DNA from: an uncultured Flavobacterium sp. | GTDB taxonomy: Bacteria > Bacteroidota > Bacteroidia > Flavobacteriales > Flavobacteriaceae | Length of the DNA stretch: 64,000 bases | Direction of reading: 5' to 3' | NCBI GenBank assembly: GCA_964397335.1 | Contig: CAYNIM010000010.1 | Location: 2,741 to 66,740 of the forward strand | Part shown: piece by piece, positions 40,611 through 49,777 of the stretch | Layout of the letters: each line of letters opens with the position of its first letter | Position numbering within the stretch: the stretch's first letter is position 1 | Made by a program: the position numbers and the translations under genes | The notes under the pieces: model-generated | Seen by the model: the letters and a program-made list of their open reading frames with translations, nothing else | What the model was told of the DNA's origin: nothing | Database searches by the model: none

Positions 40611-41441
40611 ATGATGAATAAAATATTACTATCAATCGCTTTTGTAGGATTGTTATCGACAAATGGCTTTGCGCAGCGAAACCATCGAAACCCAATTGAA
40701 ACGGGTTTAAAAGCTGGTGTGAATTTGTCTTCCTTTGCAGGAGGTAATTCACAAAATTTTAAACCAGGCTTACAAATAGGCGGAACTGTAGAGATTCCAT
40801 TGTCTTTTTATAAAAAAGTTTCGGTGCAAGCAGAACTTCAATACTCTGTACAGGGTTATAATGGAAAAGATTATGACCAAATAGACTTTCTAACTAAAGA
40901 GGTTATAGAGACTTTGAAGTTAGAAGACGTAACAATGCATTACTTATATTTACCAATTACCTTTAAATATTATGTGAATCCAAATTTTTCAGTAGAATTA
41001 GGTGGACAGATTGGTTATATGTTAGATGCAAAAGGTCAGTTTGATGCAAATAAATTCAACCCAGCGAGAGATTGGTTGTATCTGTCAGATCCACAATATC
41101 AACAAACATTTTCTCAATTAGACAAAGCATTGTTTGAATCAGGATATAGAAGTACAGATCCAGGCAACTATTACGAAGAATTGGATTACGGTATTTCTGC
41201 AGGCTTTTCGTATTATTTAGAAACAGGCCTTTACTTTAATTTACGTTATTATTTAGGTTTACAAGATGTGTATAAAATAGATAATACATATATCAATATC
41301 CCTGAGCCAAGTCGTGTTCCAGGAATGACTGCTGAAATGTTTGAGCAATTGTTGCAAGAAATTAGATTCGTGAATGAACATCTTAATTTTGAACCTTTGA
41401 AAAACTCATCGATCCAACTTTCTGTGGGATATAAATTTTAA
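40611..41441 (+). CDS. Porin family (PorT-like fold) outer membrane beta-barrel protein
   Basis: GLKAGVNLS, QAELQYSVQG and C-terminal QLSVGYKF motifs. Confidence 0.85.
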   Translation: MMNKILLSIAFVGLLSTNGFAQRNHRNPIETGLKAGVNLSSFAGGNSQNFKPGLQIGGTVEIPLSFYKKVSVQAELQYSVQGYNGKDYDQIDFLTKEVIETLKLEDVTMHYLYLPITFKYYVNPNFSVELGGQIGYMLDAKGQFDANKFNPARDWLYLSDPQYQQTFSQLDKALFESGYRSTDPGNYYEELDYGISAGFSYYLETGLYFNLRYYLGLQDVYKIDNTYINIPEPSRVPGMTAEMFEQLLQEIRFVNEHLNFEPLKNSSIQLSVGYKF

Positions 41442-41493
41442 AAGCAGTGTGCTTGAATTTTAAGTGAATGTTTAATTATAATTAAAATAGATT

Positions 41494-42081
41494 ATGAAAA
41501 AATTAATGATCGCTGCACTAGCAGTAGTTGGTTTCAGTGCTACAGGTTTGGCACAACAACAAGTAAAATTTGGTCCCAAAGCTGGGATAAATTTAGCATC
41601 TATGTCAGGACAAGATGATGCAGAGATGAAAATTGGCTTCCATGTTGGAGCTGTGGCTGAAATTAAATTTTCAGATACCTTCTCAATTCAACCAGAGCTT
41701 TTGTACTCGGCTCAAGGGGCAAAGTCTAAATCATCTGATGATGTAAAGCTTAACAATGATTATATCAACATCCCAATCATGGCAAAATATTATTTTGTTG
41801 AAGGATTTTCAGTAGAAGCTGGACCGCAAATTGGGTTTTTAATGAAAGCAGAAGCAAGCAACGGTGACGCTACGGTTGACATGAAAGATTACTACAAATC
41901 AATAGACTTTGGTTTAGGAATTGGCTTGGCTTACGACTTACCACAAGGTTTGTTTGTAAATGCACGCTATAACATAGGTCTATCTAAAATAGGAGAGGAT
42001 CAAACTATAGGTAACATTACGATTGAAGCTGATGATGTTAAAAATAGTGTAATACAGATAGGAGTAGGGTATAAATTTTAA
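41494..42081 (+). CDS. Porin family outer membrane beta-barrel protein
   Basis: FGPKAGINL, QPELLYSAQG and QIGVGYKF motifs. Confidence 0.88.
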   Translation: MKKLMIAALAVVGFSATGLAQQQVKFGPKAGINLASMSGQDDAEMKIGFHVGAVAEIKFSDTFSIQPELLYSAQGAKSKSSDDVKLNNDYINIPIMAKYYFVEGFSVEAGPQIGFLMKAEASNGDATVDMKDYYKSIDFGLGIGLAYDLPQGLFVNARYNIGLSKIGEDQTIGNITIEADDVKNSVIQIGVGYKF

Positions 42082-42107
42082 TTAATCTCTACAAAAAGCG
42101 TATCTTT

Positions 42108-42133
42108 AAGCCACCGTTTACGGTGGTTTTTTT
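42108..42133 (+). terminator. Intrinsic terminator
   Basis: aagccaccg-ttta-cggtggttt followed by a T-run. Confidence 0.75.
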
Positions 42134-43024
42134 ATGGAAAATTATATCGAACAATTTAAGTATTATTTAAAGCTAGAACGGGGTGTGTCTGAAAACACTG
42201 TTGTGAATTATATGTACGATTTAGAAAAATTTCAACAGTTTTTAGGAGATGAATTAAAGGTTGATCAAGTGAAAGATCAGCATATTCGGTCTTTTATTTA
42301 TTTTATCTCAGAGTTTTTAGCACCTACCTCACAAGCAAGGATTTTAGCAAGTGTTAATCATTTTTTTAGCTTTTTGGTGTTACAAAAAATTGTCCAAAAC
42401 AATCCCGTTACCTTTATAGAATTGCCCAAACAAACCAGAAAATTACCAACTGTTTTGTCTGTTGATGAGATTGATTCGATACAAAGCATGATTGATCTAA
42501 GTACTCCAGAAGGTATTAGGAATGACGCAATTATTGAAACTATTTATTGTTGTGGACTCCGTGTTTCTGAACTGATTGACTTACGTAACTCCGAGCTTTA
42601 TTTTGAAGAAGGTTTTATTCGGGTACTAGGAAAAGGATCTAAACAAAGGTTTGTACCTATTTCACATTCCGCAATTAAAAAAATAGAAGTTTATCTAGAA
42701 ACGGTTCGCTCTAAGCAAGTTATTAAACCGGATAATGAGGACTACTTATTTTTAAATAGAAGAGGAGCAAAGTTAACCAGAGCAATGATATTTACCATCA
42801 TTAAGAAGTTGACTGAACTTGTTGGTATCAAAAAAAATGTGAGTCCGCATACATTTCGACATTCTTTTGCAACGCACCTCTTGGAAAACGGAGCCGACTT
42901 ACGTGCCATTCAAGCTATGTTGGGACACGAATCTATTACTACAACGGAAATTTACATACACTTGGACCGTCAAACGCTTAAAAACGAGTTGAATAAATAC
43001 CACCCATGGGCTCAAAATAAATAA
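42134..43024 (+). CDS. xerD: Site-specific tyrosine recombinase XerD
   Basis: GLRVSEL, GKGSKQR, SPHTFRHSFATHLLENGADLR and LGHESITTTEIY motifs. Confidence 0.88.
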   Translation: MENYIEQFKYYLKLERGVSENTVVNYMYDLEKFQQFLGDELKVDQVKDQHIRSFIYFISEFLAPTSQARILASVNHFFSFLVLQKIVQNNPVTFIELPKQTRKLPTVLSVDEIDSIQSMIDLSTPEGIRNDAIIETIYCCGLRVSELIDLRNSELYFEEGFIRVLGKGSKQRFVPISHSAIKKIEVYLETVRSKQVIKPDNEDYLFLNRRGAKLTRAMIFTIIKKLTELVGIKKNVSPHTFRHSFATHLLENGADLRAIQAMLGHESITTTEIYIHLDRQTLKNELNKYHPWAQNK

Positions 43025-43029
43025 TTTTA

Positions 43030-43491
43030 TTACAAAATTTGATAGGTTTTTAGATTTTTTACTTCTTTGATAACAAACATACTATGAGAGCTTTGTACTT
43101 CTTCCATAGTGGTTAACTTTGAAAGCATCAATTCTCTGTAAGCTTCCATATCTTTTACTCCAATTTTAAGAATGTAATCGTACTCGCCACTTACGTGAAA
43201 ACATTCTAAAACTTCAGGAATCTGATGAATTTTTTTCTCAAATTGTAATATTGCATCTTTAGAGTGCGACTTGATTTTTATGTGTGCAACCGCCAAAAAA
43301 CTTCGATTGATTTTATCTTTGTTGATCACAGCTATATAATCTGTGATGATTTTTTGTCGTTCCAGTTTTTTAATGCGCTCGTGTATCGCAGTCGTTGATA
43401 AATCTAGTTGAATGGCCAATTCTTTAGTGGTCTGTTTGCAATTTTGTTGTAATAACTCTATCAACCTATAATCTATTTGGTCTAATTTCAT
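43030..43491 (-). CDS. Lrp/AsnC family transcriptional regulator
   Basis: LDQID...HTH...ERIKKLE and ECFHVSGEYDYILK motifs. Confidence 0.95.
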   Translation of the reverse strand: MKLDQIDYRLIELLQQNCKQTTKELAIQLDLSTTAIHERIKKLERQKIITDYIAVINKDKINRSFLAVAHIKIKSHSKDAILQFEKKIHQIPEVLECFHVSGEYDYILKIGVKDMEAYRELMLSKLTTMEEVQSSHSMFVIKEVKNLKTYQIL

Positions 43492-43653
43492 GTCTGCTTA
43501 TAATTAGTAATTAAAATGGTGTTAATACCGAATAAAATTAATCATTTTCTTTTATTTACACAATTATATTCTGTTTGTTGTAAATATTTTTTGTCATCAA
43601 ATTTGAAGCTAGTAATTTTCGGGAAATTTGATAATATTTAAAAAACAATAAAG

Positions 43654-44850
43654 ATGTTTGATCCAGCAAATGAAATTCAAGATTTACAGTTTTTTGGAGA
43701 ATTTGGCGGTGTAAACCCGTCTATTTCAGATTCTTCAACTTATACTTTTATGACTGCAAAAGCAATGTCCGATACTTTTGAAGGCAATACAGAAGGTTGT
43801 TATTTATACAGCCGCCACAGTTCTCCTTCTAATACATACTTGTCAGAAGCACTGGCAAAGATGGAAGGTACAGAAGCAGCTCATGTTTGCGGAAGCGGAA
43901 TGGGAGCTATAACGGGCACATTGATGCACTTGTGTAAAAACGGAGATCATATAGTTAGTAGTCGCACAATCTATGGGGGTACTTATGCTTTTCTTAAAAA
44001 CTTCATTCCTGGTTTTGGTGTAGCTGTTGACTTTGTTGATAGTACAAAAATCGATTTGATTGAAAAGGCAATTCGTCAAAATACTAAGGTAATTTATTTA
44101 GAAACAGTAAGTAATCCTTTGCTTGAAGTTGCCGATATTGAAGGAATTTCTAAAATAGCAAAACAACGTGGTATTTTATTGGTCGTAGACAATACCTTTT
44201 CTCCATTGACTATAAGTCCATCTTTATTGGGTGCCGATATTGTGATTCATAGTTTGACAAAGTACATCAACGGAAGTAGTGATACGGTTGGAGGAGTGAT
44301 ATGTGGGTCAACTGATTTTATAAATGACATAAAGAATGTAAATGATGGGGCTTGTATGCTTTTAGGAGCAACTATGGACAGTTTAAGAGCATCAAGTATT
44401 TTAAAAAACCTTAGAACCCTTCCAATTCGTATGCAAAAGCACAGCGAAAATGCTCTTAAATTAGCAGAATTGTTAGAAGCAGATGGAATTAAAACAGTCT
44501 ACCCTGGTTTGTCTTCTCATCCAAGTCATGAATTGTTTAAGAAAATGTACCGTCAACAATTTGGATTTAGTGGTATGCTTACCATCGACGTTGGAAGTTT
44601 AGAAAAAGCAAATGCGTTAATGGAATTAATGCAGGAAAGAAACATTGGTTATTTGGCGGTGAGCCTTGGGTTTTACAAAACATTGTTTTCAGCCCCAGGT
44701 ACTTCAACTTCTTCAGAAATCCCTATGGATGAACAAAAAGAAATGGGATTGACAGATGGATTGATTCGTTTTTCTATTGGCTTAGACCACGATATTACTC
44801 GCACTTATGAAAATATTAAACAGTGTATGAAGGATACCGGAATATTATAA
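43654..44850 (+). CDS. PLP-dependent Cys/Met metabolism enzyme (methionine gamma-lyase-like)
   Basis: YSRHSSP, SGMGAI, DNTF, HSLTKYING and IRFSIGL motifs. Confidence 0.9.
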   Translation: MFDPANEIQDLQFFGEFGGVNPSISDSSTYTFMTAKAMSDTFEGNTEGCYLYSRHSSPSNTYLSEALAKMEGTEAAHVCGSGMGAITGTLMHLCKNGDHIVSSRTIYGGTYAFLKNFIPGFGVAVDFVDSTKIDLIEKAIRQNTKVIYLETVSNPLLEVADIEGISKIAKQRGILLVVDNTFSPLTISPSLLGADIVIHSLTKYINGSSDTVGGVICGSTDFINDIKNVNDGACMLLGATMDSLRASSILKNLRTLPIRMQKHSENALKLAELLEADGIKTVYPGLSSHPSHELFKKMYRQQFGFSGMLTIDVGSLEKANALMELMQERNIGYLAVSLGFYKTLFSAPGTSTSSEIPMDEQKEMGLTDGLIRFSIGLDHDITRTYENIKQCMKDTGIL

Positions 44851-44862
44851 AAAAAACGAGCT

Positions 44863-46611
44863 TTACGGCTCGTTTTTTGTTTCCTGTATGTCTATAAATT
44901 GAACTGAAGCTAAAGGAATTTCTGCTTCTTTGAAGACCTTATGTATGTTGCGAACCAAATCAGATTTTATGAAATACATGTTTTTTGGGTCGTATGTTAT
45001 CGCATTGATTTCGTATGTTGCGTTAATTTCATTTAAGCTGATTTGAATAACATAGGATGGTCTCCGATTTGATATTCCTTTAGTTTGTTTAGCAGCTTTT
45101 AATAAATGTTTGGTAACTACGTCTTCATTCACGCTGTATTTTACATCTACACAGACAGTGATCGAGAGTCCGTAAGTTTTTCCCAAAGAGCTATAATTCA
45201 CCGTTGCACCAGACAAAACAGACGAATTGGGAATTGTAACATCTTCGTTATTGAAAGTTTTTAATCGAGTTACTAGAGCATTTTTTTCAATAACTATTCC
45301 AATTATTTCTCCAGTTTTAATCCAATCTCCTTTTTGAAATGGACGCATATAAGTAATTACAATACCAGCAATTGCGTTAGAAATTGGTGAAGAAGAGCCT
45401 ATCGAAATCAAAACACCTAAGAAAACTGTTACACCTTGAAAAGCGATAGTGCCTGAACCGGGAAGAAGTGGGAAAACTAAAATCAAAGCGAAAATAATCA
45501 GTAAAAAACGAGCTATCTGATAGGTTGGTTTTGCCCATTCTGGGTAAAAAGCACTTATCTTTAGTTTCTCCTTTTCAATTTCATTAGTGAAGTATTTAAG
45601 AATTTTCAATACAAAACGTATCAATGCCAATATGATGATCATTCTAATCAGATTGGGTAGATAATTAAAAATAGAATCGCTCAACGAATGGATCGGCTCA
45701 TAGATGATTGTACTTATATCTTCTGAATAACGAGAGATTTGTGGAAATGGTTTTAAAATAAATGGCAAAGTACTGAAAAACACCACAATAATAAGTGCAA
45801 CTTTTGCAAGCGTCAATATTTTGTCTAACAAGTTATGAAGTTGGCTTCGTTTGGCTAATTCATAATTTTTGAATTCAATTCCGTTCTTGAACCACTTGGC
45901 AGAGAGTAAAAATAATTTTAATCTACGGAATAGCTTATTTATTATAAAAATGAATACCCCAAAAACACCTAATATAATAATGAGTTCGCCAATACTTTTT
46001 AATTTATTACTGAAACTATGGTTTTTTCGGTAATTTAAAACATGATCGTTGATTAATTCCAAACGTTCTTTAGCCAATTTTTCCACGCTGCTATTTTCCC
46101 ATAAAGCATCCAGCTCGTCAATAGCAAGAATCACTTGTCGTTGATAATTGATTGTAGTTATATTAGTGGAATTAATGATTTTTAAAGAGTCGGGATGATA
46201 AAATGCTCCGTCAAGAATTGAAGCAATTTTGGTGTTTGTTGTTTTGGCTCGCTCCAAGGCATTGAAAGGACCTAAACTGGCATAAATTTTAAACAGCGTA
46301 TCGTTTTCTACAATAATAGGTGCGCCATCTGTACTTGCTTTGATGTTTTTGATGTGTGCTAATTGTTGTTCAATACGCAATGAATCTTCTTCGGCTCGTG
46401 CTTTCTCAACTTTTGTATTGGTCGACTCCGTCGCTTTTCGAAAAAAATGTTGAAGCTCTTGTGTCAGCAGATCCATTTTTAAAGAATCTTGAAGACGTTG
46501 AGTACGTAAACTTTCAATTTCTTGTTGTAGGATGTAATAGCTCGAGTCGTTTTGAGAAAACAACGTCAAGCTTGTGAAGACAACTAGAATTAAACTAAAA
46601 ACATTTTTCAT
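44863..46611 (-). CDS. MscS family mechanosensitive channel
   Basis: ISNAIAGIVITYMRPFQKGDWIKTG...VTIPNS motif and multiple TM segments. Confidence 0.9.
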   Translation of the reverse strand: MKNVFSLILVVFTSLTLFSQNDSSYYILQQEIESLRTQRLQDSLKMDLLTQELQHFFRKATESTNTKVEKARAEEDSLRIEQQLAHIKNIKASTDGAPIIVENDTLFKIYASLGPFNALERAKTTNTKIASILDGAFYHPDSLKIINSTNITTINYQRQVILAIDELDALWENSSVEKLAKERLELINDHVLNYRKNHSFSNKLKSIGELIIILGVFGVFIFIINKLFRRLKLFLLSAKWFKNGIEFKNYELAKRSQLHNLLDKILTLAKVALIIVVFFSTLPFILKPFPQISRYSEDISTIIYEPIHSLSDSIFNYLPNLIRMIIILALIRFVLKILKYFTNEIEKEKLKISAFYPEWAKPTYQIARFLLIIFALILVFPLLPGSGTIAFQGVTVFLGVLISIGSSSPISNAIAGIVITYMRPFQKGDWIKTGEIIGIVIEKNALVTRLKTFNNEDVTIPNSSVLSGATVNYSSLGKTYGLSITVCVDVKYSVNEDVVTKHLLKAAKQTKGISNRRPSYVIQISLNEINATYEINAITYDPKNMYFIKSDLVRNIHKVFKEAEIPLASVQFIDIQETKNEP

Positions 46612-46620
46612 AATACATCG

Positions 46621-47910
46621 CTAAAGATACTCTAATATTTGTTCTAAAGCCATGCCTCTCGAACCTTTAACTAATATAGTTGATTGTTTCAAAGGATTTT
46701 TCTTAATGTAATTTAAAAAATCGGCTACTGTTTCGAAGAAATACGTGTTCTCTCCAGGTAGTTGATTTTCAAAAAAAGCTTTACCAATAAAGAAGCTTTC
46801 ACCTTTAGATAGTTGAGCTTTCAGAATGATTTTTTGATGTTCATCGGCAGAGAATTTGCCCAATTCAAACATGTCTCCCAAAATCACAGCTTTTGTTGTT
46901 CCGCCTAATTGGGAAAAGTTTTCTATGGCGACCTCCATGCTACTTGGATTGGCATTGTAAGCGTCTAAAAGTATTTTTTGCTCTCCTTTCTCAATCCATT
47001 GTGATCGATTGTTGGTGGGAATGTAGTTTTCAATTGCTTTTTTTATGGTTTCAATTGGAATATTGAAAAACAAACCGATTGTAACTGCAAAGGCGATATT
47101 GGCACAGTTATACAGACCTATTAAATTAGATGAAATTAAAGTGTGATTGACTTCCAAAGTTGCCATGGGTTCTGCATAAGCCTTGGTGATTTGCACCTTA
47201 GCACCCATGTGTTGTTTCATCGAAAAACCAAAACGATTCATTTTTTCAGTTTTTTCAGCCTGAATTGGATCGTCAAAATTGACAAAAGCAACTTTTTTAT
47301 GGTGGTTTAAATAATCATACATTTCACTTTTAGCCTTTACGACTCCTTCAATCCCTCCAAATCCGTCTAGATGTGCACGACCAAAATTAGAAATGAGTCC
47401 AAAATCTGGTTGAGCAATTTCACATAATAATTCGATTTCCTTTTGGTGATTGGCCCCCATTTCAATAATTCCAAGATCGGTTTCTTCGGTAAGGCGTAAC
47501 AATGTTAAGGGAACACCTATGTGATTGTTGAGATTTCCAATAGTTGCTACAGTTGAATAATGTTGACTTAAAACGGTGTTTAATAATTCTTTGGTGGTGG
47601 TTTTTCCGTTGCTGCCCGTAAGTGCAATGATAGGTAAACCGATATGAAATCGATGATAAGCCGCTAGTTCTTGCAAGCATTTAAGGCTGTCTTCAACAAA
47701 AATTAGACGATTATTATCAATTTTTTTGAGGTCCTTTTTATCTACTACGGCATAAGCTGCGCCTTTTTCAAGAGCTTGTAGCGCGAAATCATTAGCGTCA
47801 AAATTACTGCCTTTCAATGCAAAGAACATACTATTAGCAGAAATGTTCCTAGTGTCTGTACTGATCCCATTACAATTTGTAAACAGGGAATAGAGTTCTG
47901 ATATTTTCAT
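46621..47910 (-). CDS. murF: UDP-N-acetylmuramoyl-tripeptide--D-Ala-D-Ala ligase
   Basis: TGSNGKTTTKE, NNHIGVP, DAYNANPSS and KGSRG motifs. Confidence 0.97.
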   Translation of the reverse strand: MKISELYSLFTNCNGISTDTRNISANSMFFALKGSNFDANDFALQALEKGAAYAVVDKKDLKKIDNNRLIFVEDSLKCLQELAAYHRFHIGLPIIALTGSNGKTTTKELLNTVLSQHYSTVATIGNLNNHIGVPLTLLRLTEETDLGIIEMGANHQKEIELLCEIAQPDFGLISNFGRAHLDGFGGIEGVVKAKSEMYDYLNHHKKVAFVNFDDPIQAEKTEKMNRFGFSMKQHMGAKVQITKAYAEPMATLEVNHTLISSNLIGLYNCANIAFAVTIGLFFNIPIETIKKAIENYIPTNNRSQWIEKGEQKILLDAYNANPSSMEVAIENFSQLGGTTKAVILGDMFELGKFSADEHQKIILKAQLSKGESFFIGKAFFENQLPGENTYFFETVADFLNYIKKNPLKQSTILVKGSRGMALEQILEYL

Positions 47911-47922
47911 TTGTCAAAAATA

Positions 47923-47953
47923 AAAAAAAGTCCCTGTATTTGGGACTTTTTTT
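47923..47953 (-). terminator. gldJ terminator
   Basis: aaaaagtccc...gggacttttt hairpin. Confidence 0.75.
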
Positions 47954-47971
47954 GTAATGAAGATTTTGAAA

Positions 47972-49591
47972 TTAACCTCTTGCTTTTTTATTAGTATTAG
48001 ATTTAGTGTTACCTATTTTTGTCATAGCATTTCTAAATCCGATGAAATCAGTTGCTGTATATTGGTCAACGAATCTACGTGTTGCAGGATCTAACCAATA
48101 CGCTCTATCTTTCCAAGACCCTCCTTTAATAACGCGAGAGTTATTATTGATTAAGCTTGTTCTAGATGTATCGTCTAATTCTAGCATAAGATTTCCATCT
48201 TGGTCGTAACTAGCTCTGTTTACAGGTGCGTTGTACATGTTTCCTGAAATATTAGCTCTTTCAAAGTTGTCGCCATCTTTGTAATCGATACTGTTTGGAT
48301 CTTGGAAGTTTCTTCTTAAGAAAGTGTCTTCAGTTCCTACTTGTTCAACTTGAACTTGTCCAGGTAACGCTCTTGGGTGTAATCTACCATTTGGTAAAGT
48401 ATCGTATTCGATATTAGAACCAACTACTTGAACAGTTCCATCAGCTCCAATTACACGTTTGTTATATACGTTTCCACGGAAATAATTTAAATCGTTTATA
48501 TTAGCAGAAACTTCTGGTCGATAAACATCGGCAACCCATTCTGCTACGTTACCTGCCATGTCGTAAAGACCCCAGTCGTTCGGTGGGAAGGTCTTAACAG
48601 CAGAAGTGATTTCTCCACCGTCAGTAGTCCATCCGGCAATTCCGCCATAATCACCACGTCCTTGTTTGAAGTTAGCTAAATAATCACCTTGTGTTCTACG
48701 AGTATTTGTACGTACTTGGTCAGAACCCCAAGGATATCTATTTCTTCCTTGACTATTATTGTACACGCGATCAGACTTTCTTACGCTTGCTGCATATTCC
48801 CACTCAGCTTCTGTTGGTAGGCGGAATTCTGCTGTAAAAACACCGTATTCCATTTTTGCATAAACATTAGAAGCATTTGCGTCTGCACGATTTCTTACCC
48901 CTCTAAATACAATGCTGTCATTTCCTGCATAGGCTCTGGTTGGCGCCATTAGATACGTTTCTGTAGAAAACGACTGTTCACCGTGTGCTTGAGATGTCTT
49001 TGCACCTTTAGCAATATACCCAGCACGCTCCAAGTTTAATTCGTTCACGCGGTCGGTTCTCCACTTAGAGAAGTCGTTTGCTTGAACCCATGAAACTCCA
49101 ACAACCGGATAATTTGCATAGGCCGGGTGTCTTAAATAGGTGTTAGTCAAAGTTTCGGTAAAGCCTAGTTGGGTTGCCCACACCAAAGTATCTGGCAACG
49201 CAGCTGCGTATATCTGACGATAACGTGCTTCTGAAGGTGGATAAACAGCTTTTGTCCAAGCAAGGTACTCGTTGTACATGAGGTTGGTTACCTCAGTTTC
49301 ATCCATAAAGAATGATTGTACATACTGTTGGGTAGCGGTGTTATTCCAGTCGCCCATCACATCTTCCTGAACGCGTCCCATTGTAAAGGTACCGCCCTCA
49401 ACAGCAACCATCCCATAAGGAACTTCCGTGCCATCGTATGCTGTGTTGTACTGAAAACCGCCTTTCTTGTCATTGATTTTCCAACCGGTAACCGAAGACG
49501 TACTCGTATTACTGTTTCCACAACTCGTAAATCCAATCGATGCTGCCATTACAGCTATCAATTGCAGTGTCATAATTTTATTAATCTTCAT
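47972..49591 (-). CDS. gldJ: Gliding motility lipoprotein GldJ
   Basis: FTSC lipobox and FGE-sulfatase fold (RLPTEAEWEYAA, GLYDMAGNVAEW). Divergent from porU. Confidence 0.93.
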   Translation of the reverse strand: MKINKIMTLQLIAVMAASIGFTSCGNSNTSTSSVTGWKINDKKGGFQYNTAYDGTEVPYGMVAVEGGTFTMGRVQEDVMGDWNNTATQQYVQSFFMDETEVTNLMYNEYLAWTKAVYPPSEARYRQIYAAALPDTLVWATQLGFTETLTNTYLRHPAYANYPVVGVSWVQANDFSKWRTDRVNELNLERAGYIAKGAKTSQAHGEQSFSTETYLMAPTRAYAGNDSIVFRGVRNRADANASNVYAKMEYGVFTAEFRLPTEAEWEYAASVRKSDRVYNNSQGRNRYPWGSDQVRTNTRRTQGDYLANFKQGRGDYGGIAGWTTDGGEITSAVKTFPPNDWGLYDMAGNVAEWVADVYRPEVSANINDLNYFRGNVYNKRVIGADGTVQVVGSNIEYDTLPNGRLHPRALPGQVQVEQVGTEDTFLRRNFQDPNSIDYKDGDNFERANISGNMYNAPVNRASYDQDGNLMLELDDTSRTSLINNNSRVIKGGSWKDRAYWLDPATRRFVDQYTATDFIGFRNAMTKIGNTKSNTNKKARG

Positions 49592-49777
49592 TGTCAAAGT
49601 AGGTAATAAATTTCGTTGCAATATAATAATTAGCTTTTGATAAACAATAATAAAATTAAAAATATTTAAAAAAAACTTAAAATTAGAAATTTTGTAAACT
49701 GTTCCTTTAATTTGATGACTAATGTAATATTTTTAATTATTTTTATCAAATAATTTTGTTGAAATTTATACAGAACA

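Noticed and set aside
42134-43024. Tyrosine recombinase as the island integrase
   Set aside because: Typical housekeeping XerD length and motifs in a core context, about 30 kb from the island.
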